From assembly GCF_036365525.1 (NCBI RefSeq), contig NC_090375.1, positions 95,606,512-95,670,511 on the forward strand: a stretch of 64,000 nucleotides of DNA, in the 5' to 3' direction. This document shows positions 50,200-63,209 of this stretch, piece after piece (the stretch's first letter is position 1; every line of letters begins with the position of its first letter). The notes beneath the pieces were generated by a model that was not told the origin of the DNA, did not search any database, and saw only the letters and a list, made by a program, of their open reading frames with translations. Position numbers and translations under genes: made by a program. This DNA comes from Heterodontus francisci (taxonomy: Eukaryota).

Positions 50200-50513
50200 C
50201 TCCCCCCTCAATTCACCTTCACACCCCCTTCCCCCCTCGCACCCCCTACCCCCTTGCACCCCCTTCCCCCTTCCCCTCGTACCCTCTTCCCCACTCCCAC
50301 TCGCACCCCCGCTCCCCCTTCCCCTGCACCCCATTCCTCCCCCCCTCCCCCCTTGCAACCCTCTCCCTCCTCGCACCCCCTTCCCTCCTCCCCCTGGTAT
50401 CACCCACTCCCCCTTCCCCCCTGCACCCCCTTCCCCCCACCCACTCCCTCTCTCAACCCCTCCCCCTCGCACCCCCTCCTACTCGCACCCCCTCCCCCCT
50501 TCCCTCTCCCTCC
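50200..50513 (+). repeat. C-rich low-complexity tract (cccctcgcacccc-like units)
   Basis: About 310 bp almost entirely C/T on +, so dense G-runs on -. Confidence 0.9.
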
Positions 50514-53500
50514 ATGAAATCACACAGTTTACTTGTTAGGGCCCCTGCTCAGGGATAGGAGCTAACAATCCCACTGCCTTTTGGGCACGTTGGGTGAGAC
50601 CAAGGCTAAGGGAGTAAACCCTAACAGAAAATCCAGAGCAGAACCCCTCAGGTGGTGATGTGTCACCTTTGGCATATTTCTGGCAGTTCCCGCAGCCATA
50701 CCAGTGCCAAACGTCGTGCTCTGCACTCCTTTGGATCCCACTAGGAAGACCGAGAGGGGGGTTTTGACGCTTGGGCAACTCACAACCTCCATACATTCCG
50801 CCCAGGCATGCTCCATGGAGAGGTCACTCCATAGTCGCCTCACAGCGACCAAAACAACATGGAAGGCAGCAGTTACGGGTTATAAGTCCAGCTCAATTGG
50901 CATAGAGATTGGGCGCCATTGGTTGCCTTTGTCGATGGGAGAGGTCATCGCATCTCACTGGACAGCTACCGCCCGCCTCAAACCGGGCAGCCCCTGGTCA
51001 GTAAGGTTCTGTCCCACCACAGTCCACCTGCTTCAATGGGTGCTTGGAGCTGAGGGTCATTGCCCGACAAGTGGACTGTAACACCGCACCAAACAGCATG
51101 ACACAAAAAGGAAAGAAGGCACCAGCCCTTCGTTTTGGAAGCTGGAACGTCAGAACTATGTGTCCTGGCCTGTTGGAAGACCTTACACAAATCAACGACT
51201 CTGTGAAGACCGCCATCATTAACAATGAGCTCAGTAGACTCAATATGGACATTGCAGCACTTCAGGAGACATGACTCCTGCGAGCGGATCTCTAAGTGAG
51301 AAGACTACACCTTCTACTGGCAGGGCAGGGATCCTGAAGAACCAAGACAGCGTGGAGTGGGCTTCGCCATCAGAAACTCTTTGTTCAGCATGATAGAGCC
51401 TCCCTCAAATGGCTCGGAACGCATACTGTCCATCTGACTGCTCACTGCCTCTGGTCCAGTACACTTACTCAGCATCTATGCTCCAACACTCTGCTACTCA
51501 CATGAAGTTAAAGACCAGTTCTACGAGGAACTCCATAATATTATTAGTAGCATTCCCAATACCTAACATTTGTTCCTGCTGGGGGACTTTAATGCCAGGG
51601 TTGGGGCCGACCATGACTCCTGCCTTGGGCGCTATGCCATTGGAAGGATGAATGAGAATGGACAGAGACTGCTGGTGTTGTGTACCTATCATAACCTCTG
51701 CATCACCAACTCATTCTTTTACAATAAACCCTGTCACCAGGTTTTAATGGAGGTACCCAAGATCACGTCATTGGCACCAGCTAGATCTCATCGTCACAAG
51801 GCGAGCCTCTATAAACAGTGTTCAAATCACATGCAGCTTCCACAGTGTGGACTGCGACACTGACCACTCTCTGGTGTGCATCAAAGTTAGACTCAAACCA
51901 AAGAAGCTGCATCACTCCAAGCAGAAGGGCTGCCCACGCATCAACACTAACAGAATTTCTTATCCACAGCTGTTACATTAGTTTCTAAATTCACTTGAAA
52001 AAGCCCTTCTGCAGGGGATGCAGAGACCAAGTGGGCCCACATCAGAGACACCATCTATGACTCAGCAATGACCACCTTTGGCAAATGTGAGAAGCAGAAT
52101 GCAGACTGGTTTCAATCTCACTTTGAAGAGCTGGATCCTGTCATGGCCGCTAAGCGCATTGCACTGTTGAACTACAAGAAGGCCACCAGCGAGTTAACAT
52201 CCGTAGCACTTAAAGCAGCCAGAAGCGCTGTACAAAGAACAGCTAGGCGCTGTGCAAATGACTACTGGCAACACCTATGCAGTCATGTTCAACTGGCCTC
52301 CGACACCGGCAACATCAGAGGAATGTATGACGGCATTAAGAGAGCTTTTGGGCCAACCATCAAGAAGATCGCCCCCCTCAAGTCTAAATCAGGGGACACG
52401 ATCACTGACCAACGCAAGCAAATGGACCGCTGGGTGGAGCACTACCTAGAACTGTACTCCAGGGAAAATGTTATCACTGATACCGCCCTCAGTGCAGCCC
52501 GGTCTTTGCCAGTCATGGATGAGCTGGACGAACAGCCAACAAAATCAAAACTCAGTGATGCCATTGATACTCCAGCCAGTAGAAAAGCCCCTGGAAAGGA
52601 CGGCATTACCCCTGAAATAATCAAGAGAGTCAAGCCTGCTATACGCTCAGCACTCCATGAACTGTTTTGCCTGTGCTGGGATGAGGGAGTAGTACCACAG
52701 GACATGCGCGATGCCAATATCATCACCCTCTATAAGAACAAAGGTGACCGCGGTGACTGCAACAACTACCGTGGAATCTCCCTGCTCAGCATAGTGGGGA
52801 AAGTCTTCACTCGAGTCATTTTAAATAGACTCCAGAAGCTGGCTGAGCGTGTCTACCCTGAGGCACAGTGCGGCTTTCAAGCAGAGAGATGCACCATTGA
52901 CATGCTGTTCTCCCTTCGCCAGCTACAGGAGAAATGCCACGAACAACAGATGCGTTGCTTTCATAGATCTCACCAAAGCCTTTGACCTCGTCAGCAGACG
53001 TGGTCTCTTCAGATTTCTAGCAAAGATTGGATGTCCACCAAAGCTACTAAGTATCAACACCTCATTCCATGACAATATGAAAGGCACAATTTAGCATAAC
53101 AGTGCGTCATCAGACCCCTTTCCTATCCTGAGTGGCATGAAACAGGGCTGTGTTCTCGCACCTACACTGTTTGGGATCTTCTTCTCACTGCTGCTCTCAC
53201 ATGCATTCAAGTCTTCAGAAGAAGGAATTTTCCTCCACACAAGATCAGGTGGCAGGTTGTTCAACCTTGCCCGTCTTAGAGCGAAGACCAAAGTACGGAA
53301 GGTCCTCTTTGCTGACGATGCTGTATTAACATCCCACACAGAAGAGTGTCTGCAGAGGCTCATCGACAGGTTTGCGGCTGCCTGCAACAAATTTGGCCTA
53401 ACCATCAGCCTCAAGAAAACGAACATCATGGGACAGGACGTCAGAAATACTCCATCCATCAATATCGGCAACCAAGCTCCGGAAGTGGTTCAAGAGTTCA

Positions 53501-54307
53501 CCTACCTAGGCTCAACTATCACCAGTAACCTGTCTCTCGATGCAGAAATCAACAAGCGCATGGGAAAGGAGTCCGCTGCTATGTCCAGACTGGTCAAGAG
53601 GGTGTGGGAAAATGGCGCACTGACACGGAACACAAAAGTCCGAGTGTATCAAGCCTGTATCCTCAGTACCTTGTTCTACGGTAGCGAGGGCTGAACAACG
53701 TATGTCAGCCAACAGCGACATCTCAACTCATTCCATCTTCGCTGCCTCCGGAGAATCCTTGGCATCAGGTGGCAGGACCATATCTCCAATGCAGAAGTCC
53801 TCGAGGCGGCCAACATCCCCAGCATATACACCCTACTGAGCTAGTGGCGCTTGAGATGGCTTGGCCATGTGAGCCGCATGGAAGATGGCAGGATCCCCAA
53901 GGACGCATTGTACAGCAAGCTTGTCACTGGTATCAGACCTACCGGCCGTCCATGTCTCCGCTTTAAAGATGTGGCAAACGCAACATGAAGTCCTGTGACA
54001 TTGACCACAAGTGGTGGTAGTCAGTTGCCAGTGATCGCCAGAGCTGGCGGATAGCCATAAAGGTAGGGTTAAAGAGTGGTGAGTCGAAGAGACTTAGCAG
54101 TTGGCAGGAAAAAAGACAGAAGCGCAAGGAGAGAGCCAACTGTGTAACAGCCCCGACAACCAATTTTATCTGCAGCACCAGGGGAAGAGTCTGTCACTCT
54201 AGAATTGGCCTTTATAGCCACTCCAGGCGCTGCTTCACAAACCACTGACCACCTCTAGGTGCTTACCCATTGTCTCGAGAGACAAGGAGGCCAAAGAAGA
54301 AGAAGAC
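50514..54307 (+). mobile_element. Near-full-length RTE-clade LINE (EN-RT, C-terminal zinc finger), disrupted
   Basis: FGSWNVRT, DIAALQET, LLGDFNARVG, NYRGISLLS, FIDLTKAFD, GMKQGCVLAPTLF, LFADDA, ICST..RVCHSRIGLYSH; (gaa)n tail. Confidence 0.95.
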
Positions 54308-55081
54308 AGTGGAATGGTAATTAGATTATACCTGTTTACTTCTATTTGTGCTCTAAATTCATCTACCTTGTTGCGACTGCTGCGTGCATTTAGATAGAGT
54401 GCCTTTAATTCTGTTTTTATATTATTTTCACATCCTCTAGCCTTATCTGCTGCTGCACTCTTAGGTTTGTATGATCTGTCCCTTCCTGCCACACTCAGAT
54501 TATCAATTCTCTTATTATTACCTTGCTCTCTTCCCTTCTCCTCTCTCTGTAAATGATCACATCTTCCCTCATTTGATCCCTCGCCCCCACTATTTAGTTT
54601 AAACCCCTCTCTACTGCTCTAGTTAGACTCACCAGAAAACTGGTCCCAGCATGGTTCAGGTGAAGACCGCCCCAATGGTACAGCTCCCACTTTCCCCAGT
54701 ACTGGTGCCAGTGCCCCATTTCTCCCATACCAATCTTTGAGCCATGCATTTGACTCTCTAATATTATTTACCCTATGGCAATTTGCTCGTGACTCAGGTA
54801 ACAATCCAGAGTTCATTACCTTTGAGGTTCTGCTTTTTAATTTATCCCCCTAGCTGCTCATACTCCTTACGAAGAACCTCTTTCCTAGTCCTAACTATGT
54901 CATTGGTATCCATGTGGACCACAACAACTGGATGCTCCCCCTCTCAATGCAAGTTCCTCTCCAGCCCTGAGCAGCTGTCCCAAATCCTGGCATCAGACAG
55001 GCAACACAGACTTCTGGACTCTCACTCTTGGCCTCAGAGAACTGTGTCTATCCCCCTGCCTATACTATCTCCTACTATGAA

Positions 55082-56120
55082 TATACAAACATACGAACCT
55101 ATGAATTAGGAGCAGAAGTAGCCGTTTGGCCCCTTTGTGCTTGCTCCACCATTTAATAAGATCATGGCTGATCTGACTGTGGCCTCAACTCCACTTTCCC
55201 GCCTACCCCTCATATCCTTTGACTCCCTTGTTAGTCAAGAATTTATCTACCTCTGCCTTAAAAATATTCAATGACCCTGCCTCCACCGCTCTCTGGGGAA
55301 GAGAATTCCAAAGACTCACAACTCTCTGAGAGGAAATATTTCTCCTCAGCGCCGTCTTAAATGGGGGACCCCTTATTTTTAAACCGTGTTCCCTCGTTCT
55401 AGTCTCTCCCACAAGGGAAAACATCCTTCCAACATCCACCCTGTCAGGTCCCCTCACGATCCTATGTGTTTCAATAAGATCACCTCTCATTCTTCTAAAC
55501 TCCAATGGATACAGACCCAACCTGTCCAACCTTTCCTCATATGGTAACACCCCCACCCCATCCCAGGTATCAGTCGAGTGAACCTTCTCTGCACTGCCTC
55601 TAACACATTTATATCCTTTCTCAAATAAGGAGACCAAAATTGTAGAGTACTCCAGTGTGGTCTCACCAATACCCTATACAACTGTAGCAAAAAATCCCTA
55701 CTTTTATATTCCATTCCCCTTGCAATAAATGACAACATTCCTTTGCCTTCCTGGTGGACACCAGTGTGATCCACGGCAACCACATCTGCAGAGTTCTGCA
55801 ATCTCTCACCATTTAAATAATATGCTGCTTCACTATTCTTCCTACCAAAGTGGATAACTTCCCAATTTCCCACATTATACTCCATTTTCCAAATCTTTGC
55901 CCACTCTCTTAACCTATCTATATCCCTTTGCAGACTCCTTATGTCCTCTTCACAACCTACTTTCCTACCTATCTTTGTGTCATCAGCAAATTTAGCAACC
56001 ATACATTTGGTCCCTTCATCCAAATTACTGATATAAATTGTAAATAGTTGAGGCCCCAGCACAGATCCCTGTGGCACTCCACTAGTTATAGCTTGCCAAT
56101 CTGAAAAAGGCCCATTTATC
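55082..56120 (-). mobile_element. CR1 RT-3' fragment nested in CR1 ORF1
   Basis: SGVPQGSVLGPQLF, KFADDTK, YEERLDRLGL; tail at 55082-55180. Confidence 0.9.
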
Positions 56121-57057
56121 CCTACCACCACCACATTCCTATTTATACCCCAGGCTTGCATGGCTTCCTGTACCACAGTGCCATAGTCAGTTTGCTCATC
56201 CACCCTGCAGCCGTCGCTCTCATCCATCCAATCTGAAATAACCTCAAACCTGTTGGACAATTGCAAGGGCTGAGGCTCTTCCACTTCTGCCTTCTCGATC
56301 CCCTTACCTGCCTCACTCGCAGTCACACCCTCTTGTCCCTAAGCAGTGACCAAATCAGAAGACGCTATCTTAAGGGGTGTGACTGCCTTCTGGAACAAAG
56401 TGTCCAGGTAACTTTCCCCTTCCCTGATACATCGCAGTGCCTGTAGCTTGGTCTGCAGCTCACTGACTCTGAGCTGAAGCTCCTCAAGCTGCAGACACTG
56501 CAGATGTGGTTGCCATGGATTACACTGGTGTCCACCTGTTCCCACATACTGCAGCCACAACACAGCACCTGCCTTGCCATTTTTATTGTGTTTTAATGAA
56601 CTATTTGATTCATTAAATTATTTTTGTTTTTAAGAATAGTTTTTAAATTTTTTGAAATTAATGCCTCTACTCACCAACCACTTACATAATTAATGTAAAT
56701 CTCAGTAATACCAATAAATCTTACCACTTATAAGATAGCTACTTGAGAGTTATTTTAAAAATGGAAAAGGTTCCATTTTTCAAATTTTCCAGCTATTTAT
56801 ACACAAGCCCTAACAGCAGTTACTCCCCAATCAATCAACTTACGGCTTTCCTGTGATGTCACTTGTTGATTTTTTTTTGCACTCTTCAATGCCAGCTCAT
56901 GCTGACTTCCAGCTGCAGCCACAGTCACCTCTCCACTCTCCCAGGTAAGTGCAGGCTCCGAGCCTCGGGCTGGATTTATACTCTCCCTCTCCGGTGCGTT
57001 TCCTCACAGATCCACTGCCTCTCTGCTCTCCCAGGTTAAGTGCAGGCTCTGAACCTT

Positions 57058-57997
57058 GGGCTGGATATTAAGAGACTGCTGATGCTCCTGGCGACGTCGA
57101 AGAGTCGCCGCAATTTCCCACATGGCGGCTCATTAAATAGCCGGGGCGACCCGCTCGCCCACCCCCCCCAATCACGTGGAGGTGTGGACAGTCCGTTCAC
57201 CGGCAATCGCACCATATTTAAAGAGCAGCCAGCCCTGCCGGCAAATTTCAATTTTTAAAGTGAACTCCCCCAAAATTTATAAAATAAAATTGTAATACCC
57301 CTTTCCAACCCCTGAATAAAAATTACAGTAGGTTTTTGCCCTTCAGCCCCTCAAAACACTTTTGTATTCTGACCTTCCCTCGCCCCCCTGACTGCACAAA
57401 GTTGAAAGTGCATCCCTTCCCATCATCCCCTACACTGATGATGCTTTTTTGACCCCGTTCCCCATGACCCCGTTCCCCACCCCACCCCCACCGCAGTAAA
57501 AAAATCTTAGCTCCTTCCCTCTCCCCACCAGTGTCACACTTGCTTACCTCAGAAGGGGGATTGAAGGCACGGGAGTGCCAATGGCTGCGCCGAAGATTCT
57601 TCTTAGAACAGAGGAAACTGAGGGGTGACTTAATTGAGGCGTACAAAATTATGAGGGGCCTTGATAGAGTAGACAGAAAGGACCTATTTCCCCTAGCAGA
57701 GAGGTCAATTACCAGGGGGCACGATGGGCTGAATGGTCTCCTTCTATGGTTCTATGGTTCTATGGCCCAGAAGATTCAAAGTATTATGAGTTAAATTTAT
57801 TCATCCCATTAATTTAAATATTTAAATCCAGGTCCTGTCGCCCAGCGACAGAGGGGTCAGCCACAGAGCCTCACCACCGCCGTGAGGTTCGGGCCTGGCA
57901 ATCCCAGCGTCAACCTCCATGGTGGGCCTCTGCTGCAACCATCTTCTGGCATTCCCCGCCAGGGAGCCTGTGTTGTGGGCTTGATAAAATTCAGCCC
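57058..57997. mobile_element. Harbinger-type MITE with a nested CR1 scrap (about 57595-57765)
   Basis: gggctggatat / ataaaattcagccc ends; body homologous to 28890 and 63210. Confidence 0.75.
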
Positions 57998-58069
57998 ATA
58001 CTCTCCCTCTCTGGTGCGTTTTCTCACAGGTCTGCTGTCTCTGCTCTCCCTGGTAAGTTACCTTCCGGA

Positions 58070-59120
58070 TTGCTGTGCATCCACATGCCAGAGGTCCCAC
58101 CCACCACTGGTAAAATGCTAGCAGTGGTGGGAACAGACCCTTAACTGGCCACTTAAGTGGCTTAATTGACCCCTGGGCTGGTTAATTGGCATGGCAGCGG
58201 GTAGATGACGGGCACTCCACCCCTCCCTCATTCTCTTGCCATTTTACAGGCCCGCACACCGGCTCCCAGCCCGTCCCCAGAGGGCTGGTAAAATCCAGCC
58301 TAATATAATTCACAGTTCTGTCCTTTCACTATTATTTGTAGTATCCCCTTTTCGTTTGTATCATCAATATTGCACATACTCAATAAGACCCGTCATGCAG
58401 CTTATCTTAGAACCTTACTATGGAATCTTCCCGGCCTTGTGGTGAAGTGTCTGGAGGCTGGACCGGGTGAAAAATGAGAAAACAACGTGTCAGGTCAGCT
58501 ACCCGATATGTTCCCGTCTCTGAACGATCTTGCCGGAGGCAGGGCCAAACCAGCAATGGCAACTCACCTGGTAGCGGTGGGTAACCAATTCGGACAACTA
58601 GGTGCCAAATGGGGGCAAATTGATGAAGCTGCCCAGATCTTCCCAATGTTGGATGGACCCCCTCGCTGAGGTTGAAGTCCGGCAAGTGGCTGGAGGCAGC
58701 CTTCCGACTGCAGGCTGGGGGCCATCAACGCCTCCTCTAACACCCCCCATCCCAGAGCCGTGGGGATCAGAGGGCCACAGCTACAGCCACAAGCAAGCCT
58801 GTGGAGTGGATTCTCCTCCATGATGATGGCCCGACAGCTGTGGCAATTCTTTATTTTTAACTGTCCAATTTGAGGCACCCATGCTGTCCCCTACTGCGTC
58901 GGCAGCATTTTCCTCCCCAGTGGAGCTCCTGGTGTTCACAGCTTTGGGGTCTCTGATTGGGCCTCCGGCCTCAGGAACCTGCCTACTGTCCTTAATTGCA
59001 TTGGAAAAGCGGATGTGGCGTTGAATCGGCTGCCTCCCATAAGATCACGGCACAGTGCGCACTTCTGACCCATGCAAGGTCGGGACGCCAGAAATTTTTC
59101 AAAGGGTACAAGGTTCCACC
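58070..59120. mobile_element. Two further degenerate Harbinger-type MITE pieces
   Basis: gtaaaatccagcc|taa at about 58288-58303; ggccacttaagtggc palindrome; GC-rich bodies. Confidence 0.5.
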
Positions 59121-60231
59121 CTTTGACTTTTGAGATGAATTGCGGGTTTCCTGCACTGTAAAGAAAGTTCAATATCTTCACCTGGGCTATAGCACGGCTC
59201 CTTTGTTTGACCAGCATCTTATTTGTTTATTTCCCCTGGAGGGATATTTTCAAGCAATCTCATGGGAGTCAGCAAAGTAATTTTTGTTTGTAGTCTCTTT
59301 TTTGTTGTTCCAACTGCTGATAAAATTTTGCGTCGAAGTAAAAAAATTTGTATAATTGACAAATCAAAATTTTCTAGAGCCTAAAGTATCTATCTACTGA
59401 ATGTATTTGCAATTCTGTACAGTGTTTACCTTTCCTAGGGTCTCAGTCTCTCCTCCAAAAGACAATGGATGCTGCACAAATTGAACTTTTCAATACTGAA
59501 CATTAACAGATTTTTATTGGGTAACAGTATCAAGGGATGTGCACCAAAGGTGGGCACATGGAGCTGAGGTACCGATCAGCCTTGATCTGATTGGATCACA
59601 TACAGGCTTTGGAGGCTGAGTGGGCTACTCCTCTTCCTATGTTCCGATCACATCACATCTGCAGATATTTTCAAAAAGTAAAACTGGAGCAATGGCAGAA
59701 ATGTAATGAATTACAGAACAGTCGACTGACTTTGGTTTGCTATGGTGATAGGGTAGCCACTGTGATCATGCGCTCACCTGATTGCAGCAGCTGTCTTTAG
59801 TGATCAGACCATGTTTATGGCTGTTGGGACACTTTGAAGTAGCTTGGTGGTTGGGAAAGGGAGGAAATCATCTGGTTCCTAGTTCTGAGATGATTGACAA
59901 AAAAGAGCTGGGGAGAGGTGATCCTGGAAGGGTGGGGGTCGGGCAGGGGAACTGGTAGTTGGCTGATATATTATTGTGAGGCCCTGAAGAAGCACCTCCT
60001 GCTCCTTGTGGCTCCACAAATATGAATTTTTTTTTCAGCTTATATTGGTCCCTTTAAGGGCTGCTGGCCAGGCAGCTCCATGCTGGGGACCAATGGGCGA
60101 GGAAAACTCAGCGCAGGCCCCTCCCATTGAGATGTGAAAATCACACTGGGGCCCTGGAATGGGCAATGGACCTCAAGTTAAGTATTTAGACAAGGTGCAG
60201 ATGTGTTTTGAGCAGGAGAATTGGCCATCTT

Positions 60232-61745
60232 TTAAAAAAAATTATTTATGGGATGTGGGCATCGCTGGCTAGGACAGCATTTATTGCCCATCCCTAATTG
60301 CCCTTGAGAAGGTGGTGGTGAGCTGCCTTCTTGAACCGCTGCAGTCCATGTGGTGCAGGTACACCCACATTGCTGTTAGGAAGGGAGTTCAAGGATTTTG
60401 ACCCAGTGACAGTGAAGGAATGGCGATATAGTTCCAAGTCAGGATGGTGTGTGGCTTGGAGGGGAACTTGGAGGTGATGGTGTTCCCATGCAACTGCTGC
60501 CCTCGTCCTTCTAGGTGGTAAAGGTCGTGGGTTTGGAGGGTGCTGTCGATGGAGCCTTGGTGCATTGCTGTATTGCATCTTGTAGATGGTACACACTGCT
60601 GCCACAGTGCGTTGGTGGTGGAGGGAGTGAATGTTTGGAGATGGGGTGCCAATCAAGCGGGTTGCTTTGTCCTTGATGGTGGCGAGCTTCTTGAGTGTTG
60701 TTGGAGCTGCACCCATCCAGGCAAGTGGAGAGTATTCCATCACACTCCTGACTTGTGCCTTGTAGATGGTGGACAGGTTTTGGGGAGTCAGGAGGTGAGT
60801 TACTCGCCGCAGGATTCCTAACCTCTGACCTGCTCTTGTAGCCATGGTACTTATATGGCTACTCCAGTTCAGTTTCTGATCAACGGTCATCCCTAGGATG
60901 TTGATAGTGGGGGATTCAGGTTAGGGGTGCGGCACGTTCTGGAGCTCAGGTCTTCAGTACTATTGTTGGAATATTGTCAGGGCCCATAGCCTTTGCAGTA
61001 TCCAGTGCCTTCAGCCATTTCTTGATATCACATGGAGTGAATCAAATTGGCTGAAGACTGGCATCTGTGATGCTGGGGACTTCAGGAGGAGGCCAAGATG
61101 GATCATCAACTCGGAACTTCTGGCTGAAGATTTTTGCAAATGCTTCAGCCTTATCATTTGCACTGATGTGCTGGGCTCCCCCATCATTGAGGATGGGGAT
61201 ATTTTTGGAGCCACTTCCTCCTGTGAGTTGTTTAATTGTCCACCACCATTCATGACTGGATGTGGCAGGACTGCAGAGCTTATATCTGATCCATTCGTTG
61301 TGGGATCGCTTAGCTCTGTCTGTCACATACTGTTTACGCTGTTTGGCATGCAAGTAGTCCTGGGTTGTAGCTTCACCGGGTTGACACCTCATTTTGAGGT
61401 ATGCCTGGTGCTGCTCCTGGCATATCCTCCTGCACTCTTCATTGAACCAGGGTTGATCCCCTGGCTTGATGGTAATGGTAGAGTGGGGAATATTCCAGGC
61501 CATGAGGTTACAGATTGTGGTTGAGTACAATTCTGCTGCTGCTGATGGCCCACAGCGCCTCATGGATGCCCAGTTTTGCCTTGCTAGATCTGTTTGATGT
61601 CTATCCCATTTAGCACAGTGGTAATGCCACACAACACGATGGAGAGTATCCTCAATGTGAAGATAAGACGTCGTCTCCACAAGGACTGTGCGGTGGTCGC
61701 TCCTACCAATACTGTCATGGACAGATGCATCTGCGACAGGCAGAT
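60232..61745 (-). mobile_element. LINE-A copy with the RT core deleted (junction near 60920)
   Basis: ORFs 60294-60890 and 61042-61680 match the C-terminal and post-EN parts of copy 1; tail at 60245-60305. Confidence 0.92.
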
Positions 61746-61789
61746 TATGGAGGAAAGCTCAAGTATGTATCCATTTCAAGGCACACTCG

Positions 61790-62880
61790 AAAATCAATAT
61801 GGGTAGGCCTCAGGCACACAAGGTTAGATGGCAAGGTTTACAATCTATCAAGGTTGAAAACAAAGACAAAAACACATCACGTCTTGATCAGAGAACTCCT
61901 CTATGCTGATGATGCTGTGCTAGCTGCTCACATGGAAAGTCAGCTACAAAGACGCATGGACAGTCTCTCCCATACCTGTAAATTGTTATCCTTGACTATA
62001 GGCGTCAGGAAAACCGTGGTCATGGGACCAGGTGTTGCATGTCCGCCCTTGCTCACACTAAATAACACCCCAATGGAAGTGGTTAGCAAATTCTGTGACC
62101 TTGGGTCCACAATGACAGACCGTGATGCAGAGCTCAATACCGCATAGGGAAAGCAGCTACCACCTTTGGCTGACTTGCGAAACACGCATGGGATAACACC
62201 AAGCTGACCCTTTGGACCAGCTGATGGTTTATAAGACCTGTCTTCTCAGCACCTTGCTGTATAGCTGTGAAACATGTGAAACAGCTACCAGGAAAAGAAG
62301 CTCAATAATTTCCATCTTCGCTCTCTGCGCCACATAATGGGTATATCCTGGCAGGACAAAATCACAAATGTGGCAGTCCTCTCAAAGACAGAGCTACTAA
62401 GTGTGTTGGCACTAATCAAATGGCTTCGATGGATCGGACATGTCCATAGGATGCAAGATGGTCACATACCCAAGGACCTTCTGTATGGTGAAGTAACCGG
62501 AGTCAGACGACCAAAGGGGCTCCCAAAGCTCCACTTCAAGGATGCTTGCAAGCGTAACAAAAAGGCCCTAAATGTTGACTATCGCACTTGGGAGTCACTA
62601 GCTGGCGAAAGAGGGAAATGGCGACACATCCTGTGGACTGGTGTGCACTACCACAATAATCAATTGCTCTAGCAGCTTGGCAACCGGCGTCAATGTCAAA
62701 AACAAAAACTCACAGCATCACCTGGCAGCTTCATGTGCAGCACTTGTGGCAGAACCTGCCTCTCAAGGATTGGCCTTCACAGCCATCAACAAAGGGGCAC
62801 CAAGAGAAGGCACCCCATCTAAATGGATTGTTTGCTGTGTGTCCATCATCTTTCATTGATGGAAGGATTCCAATCAACCA
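61790..62880 (+). mobile_element. Older RTE LINE 3' fragment
   Basis: TRLDGKVYNLSRLK, ELLYADDA, LRWIGHVHRMQDGHIPKDLLYGE, CSTCGRTCLSRIGLHSH. Confidence 0.9.
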
Positions 62881-63209
62881 GGCCTTGGGCAGAAAATGGA
62901 ACTTTTTTTCAAATTTTCATTTGCCCAACATAAATGGGGCAACAGACAAATGAAAATCTGCTCCCACATATCTTCACCTGCAGCATAATTTCAAATGAAC
63001 TGGAACACGGCTTTGGCATTTACATAACAGCCAATTTTAAATGCCCACCTGGCAGAAGTAATGCAGGCAAGGGGCATAATGCGGCAGGGGGGGCTTGTGC
63101 TGCATCTGGATGTGCTTCCCTCCTACCTTACCATTTTTACTTGCCTGAATTCAGACATGGGAAAGTCACCCTTGCCAAAGAAGCAGAGGGTAATTTAAAT
63201 GACAACATG

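Larger units (their letters stand above)
54315..58062 (-). mobile_element. 5' part of the CR1 above (EN start, ORF1, 5' UTR with about 90-bp tandem repeats), with nested CR1 and MITE
   Basis: LKALYLNARS..NKVDE; ORF1 MARQVLCCGCSMWE..HIC zinc finger, LSNRFEV and esterase motifs; repeat units at 56936, 57026 and 57998. Confidence 0.82.

Noticed and set aside
49842-50558. 238-aa proline-rich ORF as a real gene
   Set aside because: Chimera of antisense CR1, the captured exon and a stop-free C-rich tract.
50514-51097. HDV-like ribozyme in the RTE 5' UTR
   Set aside because: Plausible for the clade, but I could not trace the double pseudoknot by eye; needs a descriptor search.
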